From Camelus dromedarius (Eukaryota), in NCBI RefSeq assembly GCF_036321535.1, contig NC_087454.1:21762001-21826000 (forward strand): a stretch of DNA of 64,000 bases. The letters are read 5' to 3'. Of the stretch, positions 24,400 to 35,898 are shown in pieces. How positions within the stretch are numbered: the stretch's first letter is position 1; each line of letters begins with the position of its first letter. A program made the position numbers and the translations under genes. The notes beneath the pieces are model-generated. The model made no database searches. It saw nothing but the letters and a program-made list of their open reading frames with translations, and had not been told where the DNA came from.

Positions 24400-24730
24400 A
24401 GGGCTGGGGGTCAGTACCCCAGGGGCAACCTCGTCATGGAAGATGGGAGCAGGCGGAAAGTGTCCTTCTGACAGACAATGCTGTGGTGCACTGTGCAGGC
24501 TCCTCAGAGTGTTGCTGCAGGACTCACCTCCAGTGTGGCTCAATACTGGCTCAATAATACTGGCCCCAAGTGAGCTTGTCCTCTTTCCTTCTCTCATTCC
24601 CTCTACTTCCTCATTAGTATTTCCTAAGATTGCCTCCCAAATAAACTCCTCTCCAAGTTAAACTTGGAGTTTAACTTGCATCGAGTCTTGTCTCAGGTTC
24701 TGCTTTAAGGGAACCCAAATTAAGCCAGTC
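24400..24730 (+). mobile_element. LTR16/LTR33-like solo LTR
   Basis: gattgcctcccaaataaact...gtcttgtctcaggttctgctttaagggaacccaaattaagcca. Confidence 0.65.
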
Positions 24731-24799
24731 CTGTTGTTATTCAGTGGGGGAGGGGCCCCTCCTCCCCGTCAAGGTCACACGTGTTCCCCCAGCCCCCAA

Positions 24800-25545
24800 G
24801 TGTACATTTCTCTCACCTTTTAGTGAATCCTCCACGATCCAGCCACTGCTCTTTCCAGCATGTTCACATATTCCCTCTCTTCTGGACCATTTACACTTAA
24901 ACAGGCTCAAAAGTCTCCCAGCAGAAGGAAAAATTAATCATCCTTCAATCCCACTTCCCTTCTGGACTCCAGGACTTATCTCACCCAACCTCTTTGGTGC
25001 ATTTGGCACCACTGCCCACTCCCTACACCTTGAGACTCACTCTCTGCTGGTTTCCCTCCTCCCTCTCCTAATGCCTCTTCTTGAACTCCCCGGCCAGGTC
25101 CTCCTCCTCCCCATGCAGGGGCTCCTCAGGCAGGGCCCTGGGTCCTCTTATCCCCACATGATGTGCTCTCTTTCTGGGGGTCTTCCAGAACCCCCAGACA
25201 TCTGCACTTGTGTATGTCCAACCCAGACCTCTCCCCCAAGCAAAAACACCCAGATATCCAACCATCTGCCCTCCACCTCCACTTGGATGTGTCAAAGATA
25301 CACCAAATCAGGACATCCAAACATCCCACCACAGTCTCACCCCACTCCTCCTCCTGGGTTCCCCATCCCAGGGAGGGTACCAGTCTCTATCCAATGAGGG
25401 CACAGGTCACAAACCACCATGGGGTCATCCTTGACTCTTTTCTCCTTAACCACCATGTCCAATCTATCACAAGTCCTCTTGATTTTTCCTCTTAAACCTT
25501 TTTAGGATCAGTCTACTTGTACCTATCGCATCACCACCAAGCAAG
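24800..25545 (+). mobile_element. L2 ORF2-derived fragment
   Basis: gcatttggcaccactgcccactccctacaccttga...ccaacccagacctctcc...tccacttggatgtgtc. Confidence 0.7.
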
Positions 25546-25574
25546 TCCTGGGCACTCAAAATAGTATTGTAACT

Positions 25575-25832
25575 AGAATTCCTGGATCAAATACAAAATG
25601 CCCAATTAAATTTGAATTTCAGATAAACAATGATTTTTTAAAATATAAGTATATCCCAAATATTGTACGAGACATACTTTTACTAAACAATTATTCATTG
25701 TTTTTATTTGAAATTCAAGTGTAACTCGACAGCCTGTATTTTTTAGTGTCCTTTTCTAGTTAAAATTTCATGAAATCCTTGAACTATTTCAAGGATTATC
25801 TTGCATTTTTATTTGCAAAAACTGGCCATCCT
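25575..25832. mobile_element. MER53 palindromic hAT element (with a small insertion)
   Basis: cccaattaaatttgaatttcagataaacaa...cccaaatattgtacgagacatactt...ttgtttttatttgaaattcaagtgtaact...atttttatttgcaaaaactggccatcct. Confidence 0.85.
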
Positions 25833-25954
25833 AATCCTAACTGATTTCCCTGCATCCCTACATTGTGGCCTGATGACCTTGCTCAAAACAAATTTTGCTA
25901 AGTAGACTGTGAAGTTATGTATATTGTAATCACCGAATTCACTGCTTTAAAAAA

Positions 25955-26270
25955 GTATACATAATGAACAGCGGGGTGATTATAGCTCATAATATTGTAT
26001 ATTTGAAAGCTGCTAAGAAAGTACATCTTTAAAGTTCTCATCACAAGAAAAAAAAAGTGTAACTGTGTAGAAATGGATGATAACTAGACTTACTGTAGGT
26101 GATCATTTTGCAATATATGCAGATATCAAATCAGTATGTTGTAGACCTGAAACTAATATGATGTTGTATGTCAATTATATCTCAGGTTTTAAAAATAATA
26201 AATAGCAAAACATCTTATTTTTCAGAAAATAAATAAATAAATAAAATAAAAATAAATATTAAAAAAATTA
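25955..26270 (+). mobile_element. L1 3' UTR fragment (L1MA-like) with A-rich tail
   Basis: gaaagctgctaagaaagtacatctttaaagttctcatcacaag...gacctgaaactaatatgatgttgtatgtcaattatatctc. Confidence 0.75.
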
Positions 26271-27329
26271 AAAGTACAGAAAATTCAGTTACTGGCATCA
26301 ACTTAAATCAGTTAATATTATATGGAGAGCCTGCTGTGTACCAAGCATGCCAAGAAAATGAAATGTTTCATTTAACCAAATATTCTGATTAGCCAAGTTA
26401 TCCTTTGGAATACACATCACACTTGGCATCACTATTCACAAGGATTATAATATCACAATGTAAGCAGCACTAAGACTGAATTCAGCATTTTGAAACCTTA
26501 TGATGCTTCAGAGTCTCCACCACAAAACATCTTAGGGGCACATAAACATTAACCTAGGATCTGGGAAACACACAGGGCTGAGTGCCAGGGACACAGATGT
26601 TAGTCCAGTCTCACGCGTACCGTGCTGTCAGATTGGGGCAAATCACTTCACTTCTCCCTGCCGCAGTTTCCTCGTCTATAAAATGAGGAGCTAGACTAAA
26701 TGATCTATCTCCAAGGGCTCTTTGGCTCTGATTCAATTAACTTAGAGTGTGATAGATTGAAGAAGTGCTGGCTAATGGTGTTTCTGTTGAGAGAACGCTG
26801 AATATACTAGTTTTTACTGTACTTCTATAAAAATGAAAAAGTTCCTAACTTCATAGCTCTGAGGGGAAAAGATTTATCATCGTTGGACTAGAGAAAATGC
26901 AGTCAACTTAGTATGATTCTGTAAGAAGGGAAATAGACTAAGAAATATTTGTAGGTCCCCAGAAATCCAAGGACAGAGCAGACATCAGATCTGTAATTTC
27001 CAGGGCAAAGGTCCCTGTGGAAAATCTTCAGGATGTACAGATGTCAATATCCTCAAAATGGGATGCCAAAGTCTGGAGGAAGTTCACATAGCTTTTAAGT
27101 AGAGCACCTTCCTCCCAGTTCAGGGAAATCCAGGTGGAACCAGTTCCTCAAAGGCATGCAGACAGTAAAATAAAATAGTGTGTTTTCAAATGGTAGCTTA
27201 TGCTTCTCTGAGAGGTCTAAAAAATGAGACTCTAGATCAATTCTTTGACAGAGTTAGGAGGCAGTCTGTATTGTCTCAAGAAGGAAAATAGTGTAGACTC
27301 TATTCAGCCTTACTAAGGTAAAACAAAAA

Positions 27330-28430
27330 TTGATTAATTAAAATAAAACACAGAAAAATAGTCAACCCAAAAGAAAGCAGAAAGGGGGAAACAGGGGAAC
27401 TGATAACAGAGGTTATGGAAATCCAATCATAAAATGGAAGTTCTAATCCAAGCATGCCAATAATCACAGTAAATATAAATACTCTAAACATATCAATTAA
27501 AAACCAGAGATTATTGGAATGAATAACAAGCTATCAAGACACAATCACATGTTGCCTATAAAGAAATCCACTTTACAACATAGTTAAAAGGTTGGGAAAA
27601 GATACATCTGGCAAACAGTAATCAAAAGAAAGCTAGAGTGGCTATTTTAATATCAGACAAGGTAGGTTTCAGAGTAAGGAAAATTTCCAGGGATAAAGAG
27701 GGATATTTTATAATGATAAAAGAATCAATTCGATTGGAAGATAACACCCCTAAAAGTGTATGCCCCTAGCAAGAGAACTTCAAAATGCACAAAGCAAAAA
27801 CTGACAGAAATGAACAGAGAAATAGACAAGATCTACAATCATAGTTGGAGATTTCAACACTTCTTTCAGCAATTGATAGAAAAAGTAGACAGATCAGTAA
27901 GGATATAGAACTGAACCACATCCTCAACAGACTGGATCTAATTAACATCTATAGAACACACTGACAACAGAATGCACATTCTTTCCAAGTACTCATAGAA
28001 CATTCACTGAGGTAGACCATATTCAGGGTCATGAAACAATCTTAACAAATTTTAAAAATTGAGGTTATAGAAAGTATGTTCTCTGACCATAATGGAATTA
28101 AATTAAAAGTTAATAATGAAAAGGGTAACTGGTAAATTTCCAAACACTAGAATTAAAACAACATATTTAGTTAATAGAATACTACTCAGCAAGAAAAAGA
28201 CTATTGATTCAACAACTTGGTTAAGTCTCAAAGGCATTATGCCAAGTGATGGAAGCCAAATTCAAAAGGTTATATAGGTAAGATTCCAATCATGTGACAT
28301 TCAGGAAAAGGCAAAACTACAGCAATGGAGAACGAATCAGTGGTTGCCAAGGGGCAGGGGTAGAAGGTATCCCGACTGTGGTGGTGGTTACAGGAATTTA
28401 ATATGCAGAACAGTACGCCCTAATTTTCTT
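27330..28430 (+). mobile_element. Old L1: ORF2 endonuclease region joined to 3' UTR
   Basis: aaagaaagctagagtggctattttaatatcagacaag (KKAGVAILISDK), atcatagttggagatttcaacac (IIVGDFN), ttctctgaccataatgg (FSDHN); from ~28170 L1MB/MC-type 3' UTR. Confidence 0.85.
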
Positions 28431-28439
28431 TTTAATGTT

Positions 28440-28700
28440 TTGATTTGACTGTGTCATTCTACTGAAAATCTTTCCTGGCTTCCCAGTGGCCTTGTACAAA
28501 AGCCAGACTTCTCACAGGCAGGGTCTCCAGCTCACCTGCCAGCTTCATCTCCCACCAGCAACCCTTCAATCTGCACCCCAGGCACATTAGCCTTTCCTCA
28601 GTTCTTTGAAGATGCAGGCTCTCTTCTGCCTCAGGGCCTTTGTCCATGCTAAATCCCCTTGCCTGTAGGCTTCCTTCTGCTTCTCCGCAGCCAGCATTTG
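28440..28700 (+). mobile_element. L2 fragment
   Basis: ttcctcagttctttgaagatgcaggctctcttctgcctcagggcctttgtccatgct. Confidence 0.65.
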
Positions 28701-29239
28701 TGAGTTGCAGAAAGGAAGTGGAGGTGAGGAGGCACACTCTAACCTCTTCCCCAGTCTCCCCCCAAACTGGTAAGGGCTGCCCCCCAGCCTACCTGGCTCA
28801 TCCCTCCCCTCCTCTGCCCAAACCACCTCTGAACTTGTCATGGTCCACCAAGGACCTTAAGTTTAAAATATAGATTGTAAGGTAAACCTCAGAACACACT
28901 CCTCACAGTGATCTTTAAAAAGCTCAAAAACTGGGGCAAGGGGGAAGGGTGATAGACGGGGGCGCTGACAAATGCAGATACAGGTCCCGGAGAGCATCTA
29001 CCAGTGCATCTAACCCAGGAGGTCGGCTGATGGGGGAATCTGCAATTCAGCATGACCCCAGAGGCTCTGGGGTGGTCTTGGGACCTCTGTCCATCCAGAG
29101 GCGCTGCTGCATCTCCGCACACCCCTCCTGGCTCCAGGCCCACGTAGGGGGCAGTCTCTGAGAGGTGCCCGCGTGGGTACGGGAAGCACAGGGCCGAGCC
29201 CCCTCTTTGAAAGCAATTTGGAAACCTTTTCATTTCTTC

Positions 29240-29600
29240 CTTTGTGAGGAAAAAGGAAAATAAGTCTGATTCCTCTCTACATAATTGTCAGGGGCGCGGG
29301 AGAGCACGGGAAATAGCAGGCTTTAGCGCACCAGGCAATTTGCTGGATTTCAGGGCTGGCGGCGCAATCGATCGCTTGCACTTGGCCCCTCCTGGGCCCC
29401 CGCCCCCCACCCTTTCCCCGCTGCTCTGCGGGAAGGCGGGTCCAGGAGCCAGGCCGGTTATGCTGCGCCTGGATGCCGCCCCAGGCTGTGGATAGTCAGG
29501 GTCAGGGCGCCCCACTTAAAGTTGAGGGTGAGGAGCCTGTGGGACCGACGGGGACACCGTCCCCCAAGGCTGCACCTCCAACGCTACCAGTCCCGCCCCA
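29240..29600. promoter_or_regulatory. Small CpG-rich island-like element
   Basis: About 20 CpG in ~320 bp by hand count; CAATCGATCG at 29365-29374; GC boxes. Confidence 0.4.
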
Positions 29601-30155
29601 CCCCCCAGCCTTAAAGAGTCTTCACTACCCCCTGCAGGATGCAGGATGGCCCACTCTGCAGAAATCTCCCAACCCGCGCACAGATCCCCCTCATCCACTT
29701 GGCAGGGGCAGAGCCTTCCTCCCAGCCCCCCAACACCCCCCACTCCCCAACTCAAGGCTTCAGCGCCCTGGCTGTGCAACGGGAATACCCCATGCCCATT
29801 TTATAGATGAGAAAACTGAGGCCCAAGAGGTTAAGTGACCTGTCCAAGAATACACAAAAAAGCAAAGAAAACTAAACAAAAAGAGAACCTACAGAATGGG
29901 AGAAAATATTTGCAAACAATGCAAGTGACAAGGGCTTAATTTCCAGAATATATAAACAGCTCATACAACTCAATAACAAAAACAAATAACCCAATCAAAA
30001 AAATGGGCGGAAGACCTAAACAGACATTTCCCCAGTGAAGACATACAGGGGGCCAATAGGCACATGAAAAAGATGCTCAAATTGCTAATTATCAGAGAAA
30101 TGCAAATCAAAACTACAATGAGGTATCAATTTACACCAGTCAGAATGGCCATCAC

Positions 30156-30316
30156 NNNNNNNNNNNNNNNNNNNNNNNNNNNNNNNNNNNNNNNNNNNNN
30201 NNNNNNNNNNNNNNNNNNNNNNNNNNNNNNNNNNNNNNNNNNNNNNNNNNNNNNNNNNNNNNNNNNNNNNNNNNNNNNNNNNNNNNNNNNNNNNNNNNNN
30301 NNNNNNNNNNNNNNNN
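30156..30316. other. N-run, 161 nt, inside L1
   Basis: Directly visible. Confidence 0.99.
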
Positions 30317-30375
30317 TCCTGGGTGTATATCCAGAAGAAACTCTAATTTGAAAAGATACATGCACCCCCAATGTT

Positions 30376-30523
30376 NNNNNNNNNNNNNNNNNNNNNNNNN
30401 NNNNNNNNNNNNNNNNNNNNNNNNNNNNNNNNNNNNNNNNNNNNNNNNNNNNNNNNNNNNNNNNNNNNNNNNNNNNNNNNNNNNNNNNNNNNNNNNNNNN
30501 NNNNNNNNNNNNNNNNNNNNNNN
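30376..30523. other. N-run, 148 nt, inside L1
   Basis: Directly visible. Confidence 0.99.
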
Positions 30524-31179
30524 TGGATGGACCTAGAGATTATCATACTAAGTGAAGTAAGTCAGAAAGAGAAAGAAAAATACCATTTGATGTCATTTAT
30601 ATGTGGAAACTTTTTAAAAAATGACACAAATGAATTTATTTACAAAACAGAAAGACTCACAGACATAAAAAACAAACTTACGGTTACTGAAGGGGAAGGG
30701 TTGGGGGATAAATTAGGAGTTCAGGATTTGCAGATACAAACTACTATATATAAAATAGATAAACAACAAGGTCCTACTGAATAGCACAGGGAACTATATT
30801 CAATATCTCATAATAACCTATACTGAAAAAGAATATGAAAAGTTATATATATATGCATAACTGAATCACTACGCTGTACACCAGAAACTAACACAACATT
30901 GTAAATCAACTATACTTCTATTGCAAAAGAAAAAAGAAAAAGAACACACAAGGAGAGTCCCACCGTAGTAAGGGATGTGGGGGGATGCCTCTTTTCCTGA
31001 TGCCTCACACCCAAATTTCAGTCAGCCCACAGACCTGTGAACCCTTGGGCCTTGTAAGTCAGGAACCACCTCGTTCCTGGTGTTATTATTCCTCCAACCA
31101 AGTGGCCCGACATCCATGCAGTAGCGGTGATTATTTGTGGGGGAAAGGAAAGAAACTTTTGCCTATTGAGTTCCTGCCA

Positions 31180-31330
31180 TGGGCTGGTTATCGTGCCAAG
31201 AGTTTTACATGTATCACCTCCTTAACCCTCACCATGTCCCCGTTCCACAGATGAGGCCAGAGAGGTTAAGTAGCCTGTCGCATGTAACTCAGCTCATAAG
31301 TGGCAAAATGGGGCTTCCAGACCAGCCCTG
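31180..31330 (-). mobile_element. MIR
   Basis: gtgccaagagttttacatgtatcacctccttaaccctcacc...acagatgaggccagagaggttaagt. Confidence 0.7.
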
Positions 31331-33094
31331 ATACCCCAAGGTGGTCTGCCAAGTTCCCAGGGCTTTCCTGTCCATCCTCCCACAAACTCTGATGCCCCTC
31401 CCTGGGAAAATGTTCCTGCCAGCCCTTCCGTGGGCAGGAGAGAGTGAAGAGGGAAACCAGGCCCAGCCACCAGCGGGTGGCGGGGGCGGCTGCCGTGTTT
31501 ATTAATTTTCTGCCTCGGTGGGTCTGCAGCCCCAGCCAGAGCCCACAGAGTTGCCATCCAGTCTATTAAATAATTCTGTCTAGGAAGAACTTAGCATGCT
31601 CGGGACCTGCTGATGGGCCTTTAAAATGTAATTGCCGTGCTAAACAAGATTAGAAGTGGGGAGGTGGGCAGGGTGAGCCCAGATGAAACGGTGGCTGTGT
31701 TGGACAAGGCGAGGGGGCTGAGGACACAAAGTTCTGTCAGAGCCCCGGGCCCTGGTACCCCACACCTCCCGCGCCACAGGGTCGGCACCCTGGCCTGAGC
31801 CCCCTCAACATTCCGTCACCTGGCAGAGCGCTGGCTCGCTCCCTCATGGCCTGCTGTCCCTCTGCTTCTCCCCCGGCTCCCCGATCCTGCAGGCCCCTCC
31901 AAACCAGCCACACCAGCCTAGACACGCTTTCCTGAATGTTCCCTGACCCCTCCCACTTCTCAGCCTTCGCTCACACAGTCTCTTCACTTAGGACACTGTA
32001 CTCCCTTGGCCAACTAAAACTCTCGCCATCCTTCAAAAGCCCTCCCAGACGCCCAGACCTCGCCATCTTCATGTACTTTTCTCTAACCCATGGCTTCTGC
32101 TCCTGTATCTTTTCTGCTTACACGCCACCGCCTGCGTCAGGAGCCTGCACACAGCCTTCTCTGTGGGTGACTGGGCTTCCTCCATCACTGCCGCTGCCTC
32201 TGCCCTAGCCCTCCTTCCCAGGAAAGAACCAGCCGCCCCCTGTTTACCCCCTGCCCCCTGGTGTACAGGCCAGGTTCCTCCCTGGCCACTGGCCATAGGC
32301 TTGGGGCTCAGAGTCAGGCGTCCACCATGGATGCTGTCGCCTGGAGCCCAGGGCCAGGCTCATCGAGGCTGTGGCCTGTGTGTAAGGAGAGGCAGGGGCT
32401 CTAAACCTGAATCCCACCCCCACATCCCACCTTGCTTGGAAAGGGTGGCAGCCTGGTCACTTTGCTATGGTGACATCCCAGCATTTTCAAAGCAGAGAGC
32501 TCTTTTCACAAATGGAATCTAAGTAGAATCGTCATGTGCAAAACAGGTAAAAGTCATATTTTGTCAGTACAAGTGCCTTTGATACGCACCCATGGATGCC
32601 ATATTCTTAGTGGAAGAATGGAGAACAATTACAATAAAATTAGATAAGATGAGAACAAGGCTGTTTGTTGAATATGAAATAAAAATAAGGGATTATCAGT
32701 GACGGTTTCTGCTCTCAGCCTCCAACCTCTTTCCACATTTCATTTCAGTTGTACATTATTACTTATTCATACAGATAAGTAATTACAAGTTAAAAGAGGT
32801 TTTTGTTTCTTTCTTATCCCTCCTGGCAATACTTTTCAGTTAAATACAGATGCAGGAGAATCTCTAGTCCCAGCTCCACTCAGAGCAACCTTTCTGGGGG
32901 GGTTAAAATTGTAAAACTGGTATTGAAAATGAACTTGAGTCAAACATTTGTAAACTCTGCGGTGCCTCCAGAGTACCCCAGGTGTCTGCAGACACAGTTT
33001 GGAAGCCACAGACTTTGCAGCCACGTCTCACTTAGCCATCCCTCCACTTGGGGTCAGGGGTCCTGCCCCTCAAATCCAGTTCATTCCTTGTTTC

Positions 33095-33320
33095 CCAAAG
33101 AGTCATACAACCTCAGAGTTGGGAAGGACCCCAAGGCTGTAAAGTCCAAAGCCCACCTTATGCAGGAATCCCTCCATAGCCCCCAACAGCAAGTCCTCCA
33201 GCCTCTGCTTAAATACCTGAAGTGATGGAGAACTCACCACTTTAGGGGGGTTGCCTGGTCCCGTCTGGTCCATGGTGGAGCAGTTCTAATGGTTAAACAT
33301 CTCTTCCTCTCTGAACTGGT
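33095..33320 (-). mobile_element. CR1/L3 LINE relic
   Basis: agagttgggaaggacccc...gcaggaatccctc...tccagcctctgcttaaatacct...gatggagaactcaccac...cagttctaatggtta. Confidence 0.7.
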
Positions 33321-34409
33321 TTCTTTACCTGTAGAATGGACATAATATTTTTCAAGCCAGACTGCCCTGAAGACCAAATAAGATGATACTGAGCTGGCAG
33401 GTACTAAGAGTTCAACAATGCTGAGTCCCCTGTGTCCTTCTCTGCCTTCAGAGCACCCTCATTTTAGAGGTGCAGACAGCCTCATGCCCACAGAGACAAG
33501 CACATGATGTGGCATAAGCTTTGCGGTGGGGGTGGGGTGGGGTGGTGTGGACGTTCCTCTGGGAGATCCCTAAGGGAAGCCTGCCTGGGGAGGTGGCCCA
33601 TGGGTGTGTCAAGGGCCTGTGCCCCCAGCGAGCTTCACCAACTCCAGGCACCCCACCCCCACCCCAACCAGGGGCCCCACCTCCCCCACTGGCCTTGGAG
33701 CCTCATCTGTCTTCCTTCCTGTCACCAGAGCTGGAGCCTTGTCAAGGAGGCAAGGGGATTAAAGCCCAGGGCCAACTGCGCCCCCGCCAAGGAGCTGGCA
33801 CTTCATTACCCGCCTGCCCAGCTGTCTGTGGCCATCGATCGGCCCTGGCCTGAGCGACCTCCAATCGATGGGCAGCATGTTATTTACTGGATTCTGTCCT
33901 GAGACAGCTGGGAAGAGGGGAAAAGGGCCACATTCCTGAGGCAGAGAGGCCCAGCCACCAGCAAGCCCTGGGGTGTGAGGGAAAGGAGCAGGTGGCTGGC
34001 AGCAGTCCGCTGGGGTCAGGGGTCCCAGTCCCAGCCCCAGTGGGCATAGCAGCATGACCTTGGCTGAGGTCTCTGGGCCTCAGCGTCCTCTGTGAAAAGC
34101 TCAGGTGGGGCCAGCAAGGTTCACAAACTCGGCACACAGGGCGGCAGATACTGAGGATGAGAGAAGGGGTGGTGTGGGGCCGGCGGGATGGAGCCAGCGC
34201 CCTGTGCAAAGGCAAGTTCATCTTCTCTTAGGGGAAGACAGGGGGTCTTATCAAACAGATTACCTCACTGGTGTTGATCAAGAAATGCTAGACTAATTGG
34301 TTTAAAATTCCACTTGAAACTTCAATCAGGTTAGTGATTAAACCTTGATGGGGCCTAGCGTAAGTGACTCCATTTGGGGCCTGTTTTCTTTTTAACATTT
34401 GCAACCAAA

Positions 34410-35060
34410 ATATCTGAACTAGGACTGGAGCAGGGAGGCCATTCTAGCAGGGGGCACAACATGGGAAAAGATACAAAGGCAAAGAATTTGTAAGAGGTGT
34501 TCCTGGCATGGTGGTGGTGAGCAGCCCACCCAGGTGAGAACAGAGCAGGGTATGTGGGGGCGCATGTGTATACATCCGTTCATGATATGCACTTGTGTCC
34601 CTAGGCAGTTTGAAGCTGTGGAGAATCAGAATAGAGAATGGGATAAGGGGCCAGAAGAGTGGGCTGGGGCAGATTATGGAGAGCCAGAATGTCAGGAAGT
34701 ACTATGAGCAGATGGATGTGTGTCCCAGACAGATCTGGCCCTATGTGGCGTGGAGGGAGGCTAGAGGCAGAGAAATGGCCCGGAGAGTGGGGATCAGAGC
34801 TGGCTGCCCTGTGAGGACACGGCCAGGGCAGAAGCACAGCATTGACTGTGGGGTGCAGAAAGAAAGGGGGCCACTATTTCCACTTTGGATGGCCAAGAGA
34901 ACTGCAGGGTTATTGAATTATGAAGAGAAACCTGTCTTGGTTGGGTTTGGGCCCTGTGCTTTTAAGGCGAAACTGACCCAGGCAGTTGGAATTACTGATT
35001 AGGAGAGAAGCTGGTGGTTCAAACCAATTTAGGAGGCATCGGCATGGAGGGGCCTGTAGG
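34410..35060 (-). mobile_element. L2 fragment
   Basis: ggggcagattatggagagccagaatgtcagg...ggaggctagaggcag. Confidence 0.6.
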
Positions 35061-35898
35061 ACAAGTTCTCCAAGAGAAGATGCCTGTGCCCATCAGAGCT
35101 CGTTGCCCATTCACTGTCCACTCTGTGCCCCATTACTATTCTGACACCAAACCCAGTGTGTGGTTTTTTCCCCCATAAACTCAGTATATGTTAATATAAG
35201 TAATATATTTTGTGAAAGATAAAACAATAAAAAAAAGTAGTAGTGTTTTACATTTTCGCAAATCTCTTTAAATGCCTGGCTTAATAGATGACAGCTGGAC
35301 CTTCATATCGGCTTTTACATTCAGTCTCCTGCAATATGTTGTTTTGGTTGAAGTTGATAAAGAAAACCTGGCCTCCCCCAGATATGGAGTGGAAAAGAAT
35401 TCTAGTAGCCTTTCCTGTCATTATGGTCGTTCTTCTCTGATACTACACCAAACCTTGACTTGTGGTAGATTCTGGAATCTGAAACTTTTCTGTTGCTTAA
35501 TTCTGTTACATTAAAATCCACTGGTCTGTATTGCACTTTGAGTGGGTCTTTTACCCATCTATCATTTTTTTAAACAGCATACATTGGTCATTAGGAGATC
35601 ACAGCCTCTAAGTATTGGGAAGCTCATAGTAGTAGATAAAAGTTGCCCCAAATCCAAATTTTTGCTTGAAAGCTCAAACTTCATCATTGGCAACAAGTAC
35701 TGTCATTTGTTTTTCTTGAAGTGACATACTCACTTCATTCATTTTCAACAACATGTATGTCAAGTACCCGAGACTGAAAAACTAGTTTGTCTACAGTTGG
35801 CTTTTTTTCAAGTAAAATTGGTGCTCCGTGAAAAAAAAATGGCTGTTTCCACTTACAACTCAATTCCATAAGCGCTATTTTTTGAGACAATTATCATA

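Larger units (their letters stand above)
29858..30939 (+). mobile_element. 5'-truncated lineage-specific L1 (ORF2 C-terminus, 3' UTR, A tail) inserted into a MIR
   Basis: [20 protein letters not shown] peptide; 3' UTR; TSD aagaa(t/c)acacaa at 29846-29857 and 30940-30951. Confidence 0.95.

Noticed and set aside
24744-25397. 217-aa ORF
   Set aside because: Lies on an L2 fragment; Pro/Leu/Ser-rich composition reflects C-rich degenerate repeat DNA
29140-29160. CTCF-like cccacgtagggggcag
   Set aside because: Two mismatches in the 5' core; too weak to call without ChIP data
34040-34070. miR-15/103-like seed tagcagca (similar seed-only matches elsewhere)
   Set aside because: Only the seed matches; the rest of the mature sequence and a hairpin are absent
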